From Alphaproteobacteria bacterium (GTDB lineage Bacteria; Pseudomonadota; Alphaproteobacteria; CAAGCB01; CAG-977), in the NCBI GenBank assembly GCA_017539865.1, contig JAFYCE010000062.1, positions 1 through 53,950 of the forward strand: a stretch of DNA of 53,950 nucleotides, in the 5' to 3' direction. The translations under genes and the position numbers were made by a program. Shown piece by piece: positions 9,281 through 19,410 of this stretch. The notes beneath the pieces are model-generated. The model was not told the origin of the DNA. It worked only from the letters and a program-made list of their open reading frames with translations, and searched no databases. Numbering within the stretch: the stretch's first letter is position 1; the number at the start of each line of letters is the position of its first letter.

Positions 9281-11152
9281 TTACTTCAGTGCGTCGAAAA
9301 TCCGCCGCGCCAAGGTCGGGCTGATTCCTTCGACTTTTGCAATTTCTTCTGCGTCGACCGCTTTGATCGCTTTAACGGAGCCGAAATGCCGCAACAATGC
9401 TTTTTTGCGTTTAGCACCGATGCCGCCGATAGAATCCAATACCGATACAAGCGTATCGTTACGCCGCTTAATCCTGTGTGTGCTGATGACAAAGCGGTGA
9501 GCCTCGTCCCTTAAACGCTGGATATAGTGCAAAAGCGGATTGTCAAACTCCAGATTCAGCGGAGGACGATCTGCGAAATGAAGCGTTTCCTTGCCCGCGT
9601 TGCGGTCTTCGCCTTTGGCGACGCCGATCGCAACCACGTCGGAAACGTTCAGCTCTTTTAAAACCTCCAAAGCGACTTTCAGCTGAATCGCCCCGCCGTC
9701 AATCAAAATAATATCCGGCAGATTGTTTTCCTCAAGTCCTCTTTTAAAACGGCGGGTCAATACTTCGCGCATCATGCCGAAATCGTCGCCGGGGGTGAAC
9801 GAGTCCCATGAAATGTTGAATTTACGATAGGATTTCTTGTCAAAGCCTTCCGGCGTTGCGACCACCATAGCCCCCACCGCATGCGCCCCTTGGATATGAC
9901 TGTTGTCGTATGTTTCAACACGGCGGACGGGCGTTTTCAAGCCGGCCAATTCCTGCAGCTGTTCCAGCAGATCGGCGCGCGAAGCCCCTTCCATACGTTT
10001 GCGGACAAGCGCCTCTTTCGCGTTCATCACCGCCCGCTCGACCAGACGGCGGCGGTTCGAGCGGACGTTATCGGCGATTTTGACCGCATGCTCCGCTTTA
10101 TCGCTTAAAGCCTGCGCAACAATCCCCTGTTCCGGCAACGACACCGATACAAGGATTTCGTTCGGAACGGCATGCGTCATATAAAACTGGCCGATAAACG
10201 CCTGCAATATCTCTCCGTCCGTCCGTTCCTCCGTTTGAGCAAGAAAAGACGCGAAATTCCCGCAGGACCGCCCGCCGCGATAAAAGAACATCTGCACACA
10301 GCTTTGCCCTTTATCCGTAAACACGGCGGCAATATCGCAATCGGAAATCCCGTCCAAATCGCTGCTTTGGCTCTGAATCTGATTTAAAGCGCGGATTCGA
10401 TCGCGGTAAACAGCCGCTTCCTCATAGCGCATTTCTTCGCTCGCCCGCTCCATTTTTGCGGCTAAATCGGCCTGCACCCGCGTGCTTTTATGGCGCATAA
10501 AATCGCAGACTTGCCCCACTAAAGACAGATATTCCTCCCTGTCGATTTTGCCGGCGCACGGCGCGCTGCATCTCTTAATCTGATGTAACAAACAAGGGCG
10601 CGTCCGATGATAAAACACGTTGTCCGTACAGGAACGCAGCAAAAAAGCTTTCTGCAACACCGCCAGTGTTTCATTGACCGTCAAAGCCGAAGCGAAGGGG
10701 CCGAAATATTCGCCTTTTTTTGTCCTCGCTCCGCGATGTTTCAGCATTTGCGGCCATTCGTCCTTTGTCGTGATCAGGATATGCGGAAAAGTTTTATCGT
10801 CCTTCAGCAGAATATTATAATAGGGCTTCAACTTTTTAATCAGATCGTTTTCCAGCAAAAACGCCTCGGCTTCCGTCTTTGTTTCGATGATTTCGATTCG
10901 CTCGATTTCGGAAATCATGCGTTGAATTCGCATACACGTCCGTTCGGGGTGAGCATAGTTTTCCAAGCGCCGGCGCAAGCTTTTCGCCTTGCCGACATAC
11001 AGGATTTTCCCCTGCCCGTTCAGCATGCGGTAAACACCGGGACATTCGGGAAATAAAGATAAATGCGCGGCCACATACGCCGCCCCTTTCAAGGTTTGTG
11101 CGGATTCGCCGGATTCGGAAAGTTGAAAACCATTGTTTTTTTCATCTATCAT
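9281..11152 (-). CDS. uvrC: Excinuclease ABC subunit C
   Basis: GIY-YIG (PGVYRM..LYVGKAK), YDNSH, LIDGG, RDEAHRF, HhH GIGAKRKKALL; start may be 11152 or 11164. Confidence 0.96.
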   Translation of the reverse strand: MIDEKNNGFQLSESGESAQTLKGAAYVAAHLSLFPECPGVYRMLNGQGKILYVGKAKSLRRRLENYAHPERTCMRIQRMISEIERIEIIETKTEAEAFLLENDLIKKLKPYYNILLKDDKTFPHILITTKDEWPQMLKHRGARTKKGEYFGPFASALTVNETLAVLQKAFLLRSCTDNVFYHRTRPCLLHQIKRCSAPCAGKIDREEYLSLVGQVCDFMRHKSTRVQADLAAKMERASEEMRYEEAAVYRDRIRALNQIQSQSSDLDGISDCDIAAVFTDKGQSCVQMFFYRGGRSCGNFASFLAQTEERTDGEILQAFIGQFYMTHAVPNEILVSVSLPEQGIVAQALSDKAEHAVKIADNVRSNRRRLVERAVMNAKEALVRKRMEGASRADLLEQLQELAGLKTPVRRVETYDNSHIQGAHAVGAMVVATPEGFDKKSYRKFNISWDSFTPGDDFGMMREVLTRRFKRGLEENNLPDIILIDGGAIQLKVALEVLKELNVSDVVAIGVAKGEDRNAGKETLHFADRPPLNLEFDNPLLHYIQRLRDEAHRFVISTHRIKRRNDTLVSVLDSIGGIGAKRKKALLRHFGSVKAIKAVDAEEIAKVEGISPTLARRIFDALK

Positions 11153-11179
11153 ATTGATATTCAATCCTTTTTCACGTTT

Positions 11180-11430
11180 TTAACCGCATTTTAAAAGTTT
11201 TCCCCAAACCTGTGGATAACTCTGTGTAAACGTTTCCCTTACTAACTTTTGATTAAGACTTTTCCTAGCCTTTTTCCTTTTTGCCTATTTTTTAGGCAAT
11301 ACCTATAACCTATTGTTTTTTCAATGTTTTTTATAATCAAGTATTATTTTTAAAAATTTTTTATAACTTTTTCTTGATTTCCTTTTTCGCTTGGAATAGC
11401 TCCTTTCGTCTGTGGATAACTTTGAATAAA
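11180..11430. promoter_or_regulatory. DnaA-box cluster with CtrA-like box, IHF-like site and AT-rich core (DARS-like or oriC-like)
   Basis: Perfect DnaA boxes TGTGGATAA at 11211-11219 and 11411-11419; degenerate boxes TTTTCCCCA 11198-11206, TGTGTAAAC 11223-11231, TTTGAATAA 11421-11429; TTAA-N7-TTAA 11180-11194; TAACCTATTGTTT 11306-11318. Confidence 0.65.
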
Positions 11431-11471
11431 GACAAATGACTCGTTGATATGCAAGGCTTACAGAAAAAAGG

Positions 11472-13346
11472 TCAGAAAAGACTCGTCTTTTTTTCAACCG
11501 TTCCCGTTCCATCGATCTTAAGAATTTGCCCTGAAGCGATCGGACTTTCGGCCAGAAAGCCGACCGTTTCCGCGATTTTCATATTCACGGTTTCATCCGT
11601 CCCCCTTGACGCAATCCGCAAACCGCCGACTTTAAGCCTGTTTTTATACGTTTCCGCCGCCTGAACCAACATTTCCGACAACGCGGACGTTGCCAACACA
11701 TAAGAAGACAATTCATGCGGCGGTTCGTCAAAAACGGAAATAATCGTGCCGGTCCGCCCTTTCGGCAAACTGAGCGAGAAAGAACGCAGCAACATAAACG
11801 GCGCGCGTAAATTGACCGCCATATTCATATCCCATCCCTGTGCCGTTTCCTCTTTCACGAACGCAGCGGCGCGATAAACCAGAACATCCACTGTTCCGTA
11901 TGTTTTGGTTATTGACGGAATCATATCGGCCGTTTCTTCGTATGAATTGAAATCCGCACGGAAATAGGACGCTTTGACATGATATTTCTGCTGTAATTCT
12001 TCGACCAGATGCGTTGCCTGTGCGACGGAAGTATGACAGTGGACGATCACGTTATAACCGTTTGCGGCGAAAACATGCGCAATGGCGCTGCCCGATTTTG
12101 ACGCTCCGCCGGTGATCAAAACCGTTTTAGCGTTGACAGGCGTTTTGGTCGCGACCGGCAAATCCGCAGACTGCGTCAGAAAAGAGGGCAAATCTTCTGC
12201 AGATTCCCTTGGCGGATGCAAAGCTCCGACATCGGCAAAGAAACCGGAAATTCTTTCAGAAGAGGGAACCGGCGCAACAGGTTTGGACAAAGGAACTTCT
12301 TTTACAACGATTTGAGCTTTATCGGATAAAATATCAACCTGTCCCGTAATAATGATTTCTTCCGTTCCCGTTTTAAAAACAAGACGGGCGTCACTCTTAG
12401 CGAGAGCGGAAGCTTCCGTTTTGATTTTCAGGTGTGACAGAATCGACTCGTAAACATTCATGGATGCGTTGCCCGTAACAGTCAAACGGTTTGTTCCGCC
12501 GCCTTCCACTGAAAAGGTCATACCGGCAATCGTCAGATTTTTCCGGTTTTCCAATCCTTCCAAATAAAGAGTGTCTTCGAATTCATCCGGAATTTCCGCG
12601 ACCACGGAGGAAACGGGGATATTTTCACGGGGCAAGGCCACCCCAAAAAGGACTCGATTATCCGTCAACGTTTTAAAATTCCGTTCTCCGATATGCAAAT
12701 TGAAAGACAATTCTTTTTTTTGCGTCGGGATATCAACGAAATCAAGTTTGACAGAAGCCCCGTCCTCTTGAGGGGAAATGAGAAAACGATACTGTCTGTC
12801 CGGATTCAGTTCCGGATACAAACCGGATCCCGCACTGTGGAAAACACGCCCTTGTGCAACAAAGACCCGCCCGCTGTTTGATTGCCAGATTAAAACGGGA
12901 CAAACTGTGGCCGCATCGGCTTCAACAGCGGCTTCAGCTTCGGAACCGTCATCCCGTCGCCAAACGATTTTTCCCTGATTCAGGGCCGGAAACAGATTCG
13001 CTTCGGCGGCCGGCTTTAAAAACTTCCAACATCCGCCGTGTCCGGTTGCGGCTTCTTGAAACCATTCGGCGTTTTTGTTCAAACCATAGCCGTTTTCAAG
13101 AACGAAAAAAGACGGCATTTTACCGTTTAAACGACTGCCTAAAAAAACGGAGCTGACTTTCGGAATCAAAGCTTCCGTTCCGACATTGGAAAACAACGTC
13201 CGGACATCTGAAAATCCGTCTTTGGAAAAGGAATAGAACCCTATCAAATGACCTTTTCCGGCCGCGCTTAAAAAAGTGACCTTGACCGGCGCGCCGTCAT
13301 CAAGCCGTAAAACGGAAGCGTCCAACGAACAATCCCTTTGCGTCAT
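11472..13346 (-). CDS. Fusion of an unknown ~400-aa N-terminal region with a pteridine-reductase-like SDR (degenerate)
   Basis: C-terminal VLITGGASKSG, VHCHTS, RADF, NMAVNLRAPF typical of the SDR found next to uvrC in alphaproteobacteria; catalytic YxxxK reads YVLAT. Confidence 0.65.
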   Translation of the reverse strand: MTQRDCSLDASVLRLDDGAPVKVTFLSAAGKGHLIGFYSFSKDGFSDVRTLFSNVGTEALIPKVSSVFLGSRLNGKMPSFFVLENGYGLNKNAEWFQEAATGHGGCWKFLKPAAEANLFPALNQGKIVWRRDDGSEAEAAVEADAATVCPVLIWQSNSGRVFVAQGRVFHSAGSGLYPELNPDRQYRFLISPQEDGASVKLDFVDIPTQKKELSFNLHIGERNFKTLTDNRVLFGVALPRENIPVSSVVAEIPDEFEDTLYLEGLENRKNLTIAGMTFSVEGGGTNRLTVTGNASMNVYESILSHLKIKTEASALAKSDARLVFKTGTEEIIITGQVDILSDKAQIVVKEVPLSKPVAPVPSSERISGFFADVGALHPPRESAEDLPSFLTQSADLPVATKTPVNAKTVLITGGASKSGSAIAHVFAANGYNVIVHCHTSVAQATHLVEELQQKYHVKASYFRADFNSYEETADMIPSITKTYGTVDVLVYRAAAFVKEETAQGWDMNMAVNLRAPFMLLRSFSLSLPKGRTGTIISVFDEPPHELSSYVLATSALSEMLVQAAETYKNRLKVGGLRIASRGTDETVNMKIAETVGFLAESPIASGQILKIDGTGTVEKKTSLF

Positions 13347-13349
13347 TTT

Positions 13350-14102
13350 TTATCCTTCCGTTCCGTTATGCCTGCTGACATAGGGCAAAAAACGCCTGAA
13401 CAAAACCGTTCCGAAGACATACCATGGAAAATAACGGATCTTGGCGCCTTTTTGAGCATATGCCAGACAGGCTTTTGCGCACGCCTGAGGGTCGATAGGC
13501 TTTTGCCAGAAAGAATAATGCCGTGTTCCGACCGTATCCCAGTCTTCCGCCTTGACCGTCGTGACCGAAACGTGATATTGCGCCATTTGCATTTGGAATC
13601 CCTGCAGCCAAATATGCAGAGCCGCTTTTGTCGAACCGAACGCGTAATTATCCGGCATTCCGTATTCACCGGCGGCAGAGCCTAATACGATAATCTCGCC
13701 GCACGCCTGCTTTTGCAAAACAGCCGCGATTGCCGATAAAAAATAAACTTGGGAAAAATAATTGATTTGGAACATATTTTTGATTTTTCCCAAATCCTTG
13801 CCGCATTCTTTTTGGGTATAAACCGTTTCCAGCGCGGAAAAAACGCTGATGATATTTTTGGAAACGCTTTCGCATTGTTTCGCCGTTTTGGTCAACGAAT
13901 CCAGATTGGCGGTATCCAAGGGTAAAGTCATAACTTCGACTTCCGGATAACGGGCACGCAAGTCATTGGCGGACAAAGCCAGATCTTCGTCTTCCTTTCC
14001 CAGCAAAATCACATCGTTTCCCGCTTTGGCGACCTCACGGGCGAAAGCGCGCCCGATAACGCAAGTCCCTCCCAAAACGACCCAGGTACGTTTATTGTTC
14101 AT
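13350..14102 (-). CDS. DprE2-like short-chain dehydrogenase
   Basis: VVLGGTCVIGRAFA, DLRARY, LGSAAGEYG, NYAFGSTKA; overlaps and follows a DprE1-like gene. Confidence 0.75.
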   Translation of the reverse strand: MNNKRTWVVLGGTCVIGRAFAREVAKAGNDVILLGKEDEDLALSANDLRARYPEVEVMTLPLDTANLDSLTKTAKQCESVSKNIISVFSALETVYTQKECGKDLGKIKNMFQINYFSQVYFLSAIAAVLQKQACGEIIVLGSAAGEYGMPDNYAFGSTKAALHIWLQGFQMQMAQYHVSVTTVKAEDWDTVGTRHYSFWQKPIDPQACAKACLAYAQKGAKIRYFPWYVFGTVLFRRFLPYVSRHNGTEG

Positions 14103-15423
14103 ACTTTTTCTCCCCCGAAAACAGACGGCGACCGAAATCGGAATCAAATTTTTTCTGTGGATCGTACGTATCTCTGGCTTTCAGGAATTTTTCCAGATTT
14201 TTGTACATCAGAACCAAATTGCGCGGTTCCAACAAAGCGTCATCCTGAACGGAAACGCGACCGTTATGTTCACCGGCGATGACAATCAAATGCTTTAAAA
14301 ATTCTTCTATTCCTTTGCGGCGGAAAAAATCAAAACACACTGTATAACCGCGCAGCGCCGCCCCCAAATAAGAAAGCGTATCCTCTTTTGTCAGTACCAG
14401 CTCCGCCCGACACGCGCCGATCCGTGTTTGAGCCAGTTCCGTCAATATTCGCCGCAGCGCCTGCGGCCCCTCCGCTTCGGAAAAGGAAATCTGCAGCTGA
14501 TAAATCCCTTTAGCCGGAAAAACTTGAACATTATCGGAAGAATACAAGAAATTCTCATACGCTTCAATTTTCGTTTTTTTTGTTGCTGTCAAACGATATC
14601 TTAACCGTTTGAACAAAGGGAAAGAGGCTAAACATAAAACGATTCCGGGAAGAATCATTTTATATTTCGGAAAAGAAAAGGTAGAAGCCGGCAACGTTTC
14701 TTTGGTAAAAGAAGCTGTTTTCAAAATGCCGCGCCCCAAAGCATCCAAACCGGCGGAAGTATCAATCCAAAAAGAACAAAAATCCGCTGTTTTACGAACA
14801 GCTTTCAATGTCTCCGCCAACTCGTCCAGATTGGCGATACGCCTTTTTTCCACGGCGACATTTTCTTGCGGCCTTTTTAATAGAGTGATTGAAACCAGAC
14901 TGATAATACCCAGCAATCCCTGCCCGCCGACGACCGCTTTAAACAGCGTATCATTCTCCTTTTCACTGGCGCGAACGGTCGTACCGTCGGCCAAAACGAC
15001 GTCGATCCAGTTGACGGACTTTGCCAAAGACATCCGTTTATGACCGTTGCATCCGATAATGTTTGCGGCGATCGCCCCTCCCAACGTATGCTGTCCGGAC
15101 GCCGACGCCGTTTCCAACATAAATCCCTGCGGTGCGAAAAGTTCCGTAATTGTTTTTAACGTCACCCCCGGCTCACAGACCAGTTCGCCAGTTTGCGCAT
15201 CAAAAGAGCGAATGCAATCCAACCGCTTCATCTGCATGACGGCTCCGCCGGCATTCAACGCCTGATCCGCATAACTGCCGGCGGATCCGCTGGCGACAAT
15301 ACCGTTTTTGCCGACTTGTTCCAGATATTTGGCGATATCTGCGGTACGTTCCGGCCGACAAACCTGTGAAATGCCGGAATTTGTCTGTCCCCGACCGCTC
15401 AGTTTCATTTCATACCAATGCAT
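14092..15423 (-). CDS. DprE1-like FAD-binding oxidoreductase
   Basis: GSYADQALN, FDAQTGELVCEPGV, TLGGAIA, GGQGLLGII, DPQKKFDSDFGRRL. Confidence 0.78.
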   Translation of the reverse strand: MHWYEMKLSGRGQTNSGISQVCRPERTADIAKYLEQVGKNGIVASGSAGSYADQALNAGGAVMQMKRLDCIRSFDAQTGELVCEPGVTLKTITELFAPQGFMLETASASGQHTLGGAIAANIIGCNGHKRMSLAKSVNWIDVVLADGTTVRASEKENDTLFKAVVGGQGLLGIISLVSITLLKRPQENVAVEKRRIANLDELAETLKAVRKTADFCSFWIDTSAGLDALGRGILKTASFTKETLPASTFSFPKYKMILPGIVLCLASFPLFKRLRYRLTATKKTKIEAYENFLYSSDNVQVFPAKGIYQLQISFSEAEGPQALRRILTELAQTRIGACRAELVLTKEDTLSYLGAALRGYTVCFDFFRRKGIEEFLKHLIVIAGEHNGRVSVQDDALLEPRNLVLMYKNLEKFLKARDTYDPQKKFDSDFGRRLFSGEKKYEQ

Positions 15424-15490
15424 GACGCGCCCCTCCGTTAAAACGGAAGTAGTTTACTCGAAAAATAAACAGAATTGAAGAGGTTTAATT

Positions 15491-16513
15491 TTAAGGAAGG
15501 ACACTGTCCAAATACGGCTTAAATGCCGCAGCCAGCGACTTTTCCGGCCGACCGCCCCAAATACGGATGATTTCCGCAGCAGTCAAAGCCGCCAGTTTTC
15601 CGGCGGCAGGCAAGTTCATCCCTTTGGACAGACCATATAAAAAACCGCCGGCAAAAGCGTCTCCCGCCCCTGTGCTGTCCACAACGGACTGGTGATTTTC
15701 GGAAGGAATCGTCGCTATTCCCTGATCGGAAAAGACGCACGCCCCTTTCGAACCGCGTGTCATAGCCAAAACCTGATGTCTGTCAGCCAAAACATCCATG
15801 AAAGAATCCATGTCCGTCACACTGCGATCGATTTCGAAACAACCGCGCACTTCGCGTTCGTTCCCGATCAAAATATCAGCTTGCGTCCGGATCGTTTCAA
15901 TGACTTCTTGAACGGCGACCGCACGAAAATTCAAATCGTGCATATTGAAAGCGACTTTAACCTCCGCCTGTTTTGCCGTATTCAAGGCCATCATAACGGC
16001 TTGACGGGCACGGCGGGAAACAAGCATCTGGCCTTCGATAAACAGGATTTTGGAATCACGGATCGTTTTGACATCAATATCGGCTTCGTCGATTTCTTCG
16101 CAAATTCCCATGTTAAAAGCGAACGTACGGTCGTGATCCGGCGTCACCATCACCAGACAGCGGGCGGTCGCCCGATCGATTTCACGGTCGAAATTCACCA
16201 ACGGAACGCACGACTTGATACCGGCCTTATCGAAAGCCTCCTTGAACTTTTCGCCCATTGTATCTTCGCAGGCCTTTCCGATGAAAGCGGCTTTTCCGCC
16301 CAGTGACGCCACATTGGCCATTGCATTGGCCGACGCGCCGCCCGGAATGACGCGGGATTCCGACAACTCTTTGCGGATTTCGCGCAAAACGGCGATCGGC
16401 AGGACGTTTCCCTGCCCTTTGGTCAGCGAATATTTCTGTAAAAAATCTTCCGTAACATTGGCTACAACATCAACGAAAGCCACGCCGATAGCGGTCACGT
16501 CAAAAGTCGTCAT
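15491..16513 (-). CDS. PfkB-family carbohydrate/adenosine kinase
   Basis: GVAFVDV, PGGASANA, GNERE, DSTGAGDAFAGG. Confidence 0.88.
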   Translation of the reverse strand: MTTFDVTAIGVAFVDVVANVTEDFLQKYSLTKGQGNVLPIAVLREIRKELSESRVIPGGASANAMANVASLGGKAAFIGKACEDTMGEKFKEAFDKAGIKSCVPLVNFDREIDRATARCLVMVTPDHDRTFAFNMGICEEIDEADIDVKTIRDSKILFIEGQMLVSRRARQAVMMALNTAKQAEVKVAFNMHDLNFRAVAVQEVIETIRTQADILIGNEREVRGCFEIDRSVTDMDSFMDVLADRHQVLAMTRGSKGACVFSDQGIATIPSENHQSVVDSTGAGDAFAGGFLYGLSKGMNLPAAGKLAALTAAEIIRIWGGRPEKSLAAAFKPYLDSVLP

Positions 16514-16696
16514 AAGGGAATACTCCGTAAGAATCACGTTATCGGGATTTCTTTATATCGACACAAGATGTAAAAGGCTAGTCAAAAAATAAATAAATTG
16601 TTAAAGCTAGACAAAACGCGACTTTGCGAAAGCCCGTCCGCAGCGTCCGCTTTAATTGAAACGATAAAAAAGTCTTGTATGGAAACGATTCGCCTT

Positions 16697-18958
16697 TTAA
16701 AGCAACATCAATTCCTGTTCGCCCTGTTTTTCCTTCTTTTTGACCGGAGGACGGCAGACGAGCGACAATTTGCCGTTTTTAGCCGCCAATCGAGCCGTTC
16801 CGCCGTGTGTCAGATTTCCGAACAGGATTTCTTCCGCCAAAGGCTTTTTAATCTGCTCCTGAATAACGCGAGCCAAAGGTCTGGCGCCATTTTGCGGATC
16901 AAATCCTTTTTTAATCAGCCAGTCTTTGGTCGAATAGCTGACTTCCAGCGTGATTTTCTTTTCCGCCAAGCTCTTTTTCAATTCGTTCAGGAATTTTTCC
17001 GCGACGCGCCCCATGATTTCCGAATCCAAGCGCGCAAACGGTATCACGGCGTCCAAACGGTTTCTGAATTCCGGCGTGAACAGGCGTTCGATCGCTTCCT
17101 TGTCTTCGTCGACACGTTCCGTCCGACCGAAACCCATCGCGGGTTTTGCCATATCCGCCGCGCCGGCGTTTGTCGTCATAATCAAAATGATATTGGAAAA
17201 ATCGATTCTTTTTCCGTTGGAATCCGTCAGTTTCCCGTAATCCATCACTTGTAAAAGAACATTAAACAGGTCTTGGTGCGCTTTTTCGATTTCATCCAAC
17301 AACAAGACGGCATACGGATGCTGGTCGACGGCATCCGTCAGCAAACCGCCCTGTTCGAATCCGACATACCCCGGCGGCGTTCCGATCAGCTTTGAAACGG
17401 CATGTTTTTCCATATATTCCGACATATCGAAACGCAACAATTCAACGCCCAAAGACTTGGCCAGCTGTCGGGCGACTTCCGTTTTGCCGACCCCCGTAGG
17501 CCCCGAAAACAAATAAGAGCCGACCGGTTTTTCCGGCTCGCGCAATCCCGCACGCGCCATCTTGATTGAAGTCGTTAAAGCCTCTATCGCTTTGTTTTGA
17601 CCGAACACGGTCGCTTTCAGGTCTTTTTCCAAATCACGCAAAGCTTCCGTTTCGTCAACGGAAACCGTTTTAGCCGGAACATGCGCCATCAAAGAAACGA
17701 CTTCTTCAATATCCTGCGCCGTGATTTGTTTTTTCTTGCGTCCCGACTGCAACGTCCGCACCGCACCGGCTTCATCCAAAACATCAATCGCCTTGTCCGG
17801 CAATTTCCTGTCATGCAGATAACGCACGGACAGTTCGACGGCGGCTTTGATCGCTTCCGCCGTATATATCACACGATGATGGCGCTCATATTCATTTTTG
17901 ATACCGCGCAAAATTTCAATCGTTTCGGCAACGCTCGGCTCTTTAATATCGATTTTTTGAAACCGGCGCAAAAAGGCACGGTCTTTTTCCATATGGTTGC
18001 GAAATTCTTTATATGTCGTCGACCCGATACAACGCAAAGAACCGTCCGACAACGCCGGCTTCAACAGATTGGATGCGTCCATTGCGCCGCCCGAAACCGC
18101 ACCCGCACCGACGACCATATGAATTTCATCAATGAACATGATCGCGTTCGGATCGCCTTCCAGCTTATTCAGGATGTTTTTCAGACGCTCCTCAAAATCG
18201 CCGCGGTACCGCGTTCCGGCCAGCAAAGCCCCCATATCCAGCTGATAGATAACGGCTTCGGCCAGCTGCGGCGGCACCTTTCCTTCGACGATTCGCAAAG
18301 CCAGCCCCTCGGCCAGCATCGTCTTTCCGACGCCCGGATCGCCGACCAGCAACGGATTATTTTTTGTGCGCCGGCAAAGAACCTGCATCATCCGGTTCAA
18401 TTCCTGCTGCCGTCCGATCAGTTCGTCCGTCTTTCCCGCCAGAGCTTTTTCATTCAGATTTCGACAATATGCCGCCAAAGCCTCGTCTTCGTCCGAACAG
18501 ACATCATCATCCTGATCAACGCCGGAAACAGTTGAATTGCGGCTCAGAAACGTCACCACGTCCAACTTGGAAAGTCCGTATTTGCTCAACAGATAGACGG
18601 CTTCCGATTCTTCTTCGGAAAACATGGCCACGATCAGATGAGGCGCGATGACAACATCCCGCCCGCTGGACTGAACCTGCAAAGCCGCCCGCTGCAGCAC
18701 GCGCTGAAAAGCGAGAGTCGGGCGGGGATCACGCGGTTCGTTTTTCTGCACCAGATAGCTCAAATCCTTATTGATAAAGGAAATCAGCTCTTTTTCCATT
18801 TCCGGCGCTTTGCGGCAGTATTTGCGGAACAGCGTCACACAATCCGCATCGTCCATAATGGCCAGCAGCAAATGTTCCAAAGTGGCATACTCATGCCCTC
18901 TTTCCGCGGCGAACAATAAAGCTTTTTGTAAAGTTTCCTCCAACTCCGGCGACAGCAT
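16697..18958 (-). CDS. clpA: ATP-dependent Clp protease ATP-binding subunit ClpA
   Basis: Clp N-domain HEYATLEHLLL; two AAA modules GDPGVGKT and GPTGVGKT; downstream of clpS. Confidence 0.96.
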   Translation of the reverse strand: MLSPELEETLQKALLFAAERGHEYATLEHLLLAIMDDADCVTLFRKYCRKAPEMEKELISFINKDLSYLVQKNEPRDPRPTLAFQRVLQRAALQVQSSGRDVVIAPHLIVAMFSEEESEAVYLLSKYGLSKLDVVTFLSRNSTVSGVDQDDDVCSDEDEALAAYCRNLNEKALAGKTDELIGRQQELNRMMQVLCRRTKNNPLLVGDPGVGKTMLAEGLALRIVEGKVPPQLAEAVIYQLDMGALLAGTRYRGDFEERLKNILNKLEGDPNAIMFIDEIHMVVGAGAVSGGAMDASNLLKPALSDGSLRCIGSTTYKEFRNHMEKDRAFLRRFQKIDIKEPSVAETIEILRGIKNEYERHHRVIYTAEAIKAAVELSVRYLHDRKLPDKAIDVLDEAGAVRTLQSGRKKKQITAQDIEEVVSLMAHVPAKTVSVDETEALRDLEKDLKATVFGQNKAIEALTTSIKMARAGLREPEKPVGSYLFSGPTGVGKTEVARQLAKSLGVELLRFDMSEYMEKHAVSKLIGTPPGYVGFEQGGLLTDAVDQHPYAVLLLDEIEKAHQDLFNVLLQVMDYGKLTDSNGKRIDFSNIILIMTTNAGAADMAKPAMGFGRTERVDEDKEAIERLFTPEFRNRLDAVIPFARLDSEIMGRVAEKFLNELKKSLAEKKITLEVSYSTKDWLIKKGFDPQNGARPLARVIQEQIKKPLAEEILFGNLTHGGTARLAAKNGKLSLVCRPPVKKKEKQGEQELMLL

Positions 18959-18960
18959 GA

Positions 18961-19275
18961 CTAGATCCTTTCCACTTCGCAGCGCAACGGATGTTGACTG
19001 CGGCGGGCGGCCTCGATAACTTGCGCGGCCTTCATTTCGGCGACTTCGTAAGTATACACGCCGCAGACGCCGACACCGCCGCGATGAATCTGCAGCATGA
19101 TCTCGGTTGCCTCCTGTGCCGTCTTGTCAAAAAGGCTTTGCAACAAGGAAACGACAAAATCCATCGGTGTAAAATCATCATTCAGCATGATGACCCTATA
19201 CAAAGACGGTTTTTTGATTTTAGGTTTGGTTGCGACCCCTTCCCACGGTTGTTCCTGCAAAGGCTTTTTGGCCAT
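18961..19275 (-). CDS. clpS: Clp protease adaptor ClpS
   Basis: [28 protein letters not shown]. Confidence 0.96.
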   Translation of the reverse strand: MAKKPLQEQPWEGVATKPKIKKPSLYRVIMLNDDFTPMDFVVSLLQSLFDKTAQEATEIMLQIHRGGVGVCGVYTYEVAEMKAAQVIEAARRSQHPLRCEVERI

Positions 19276-19410
19276 CTTCGTCTGTCCTTAAAAAATTAGA
19301 ATTGAATCCATTCAATCACGATTTTGTTAAGAAACCGTATGTTATCACATTCTTTACCTTAAAAATATAAATTGATAATGTCTTAAACAAAATTGCCTAT
19401 AATGACCGAC

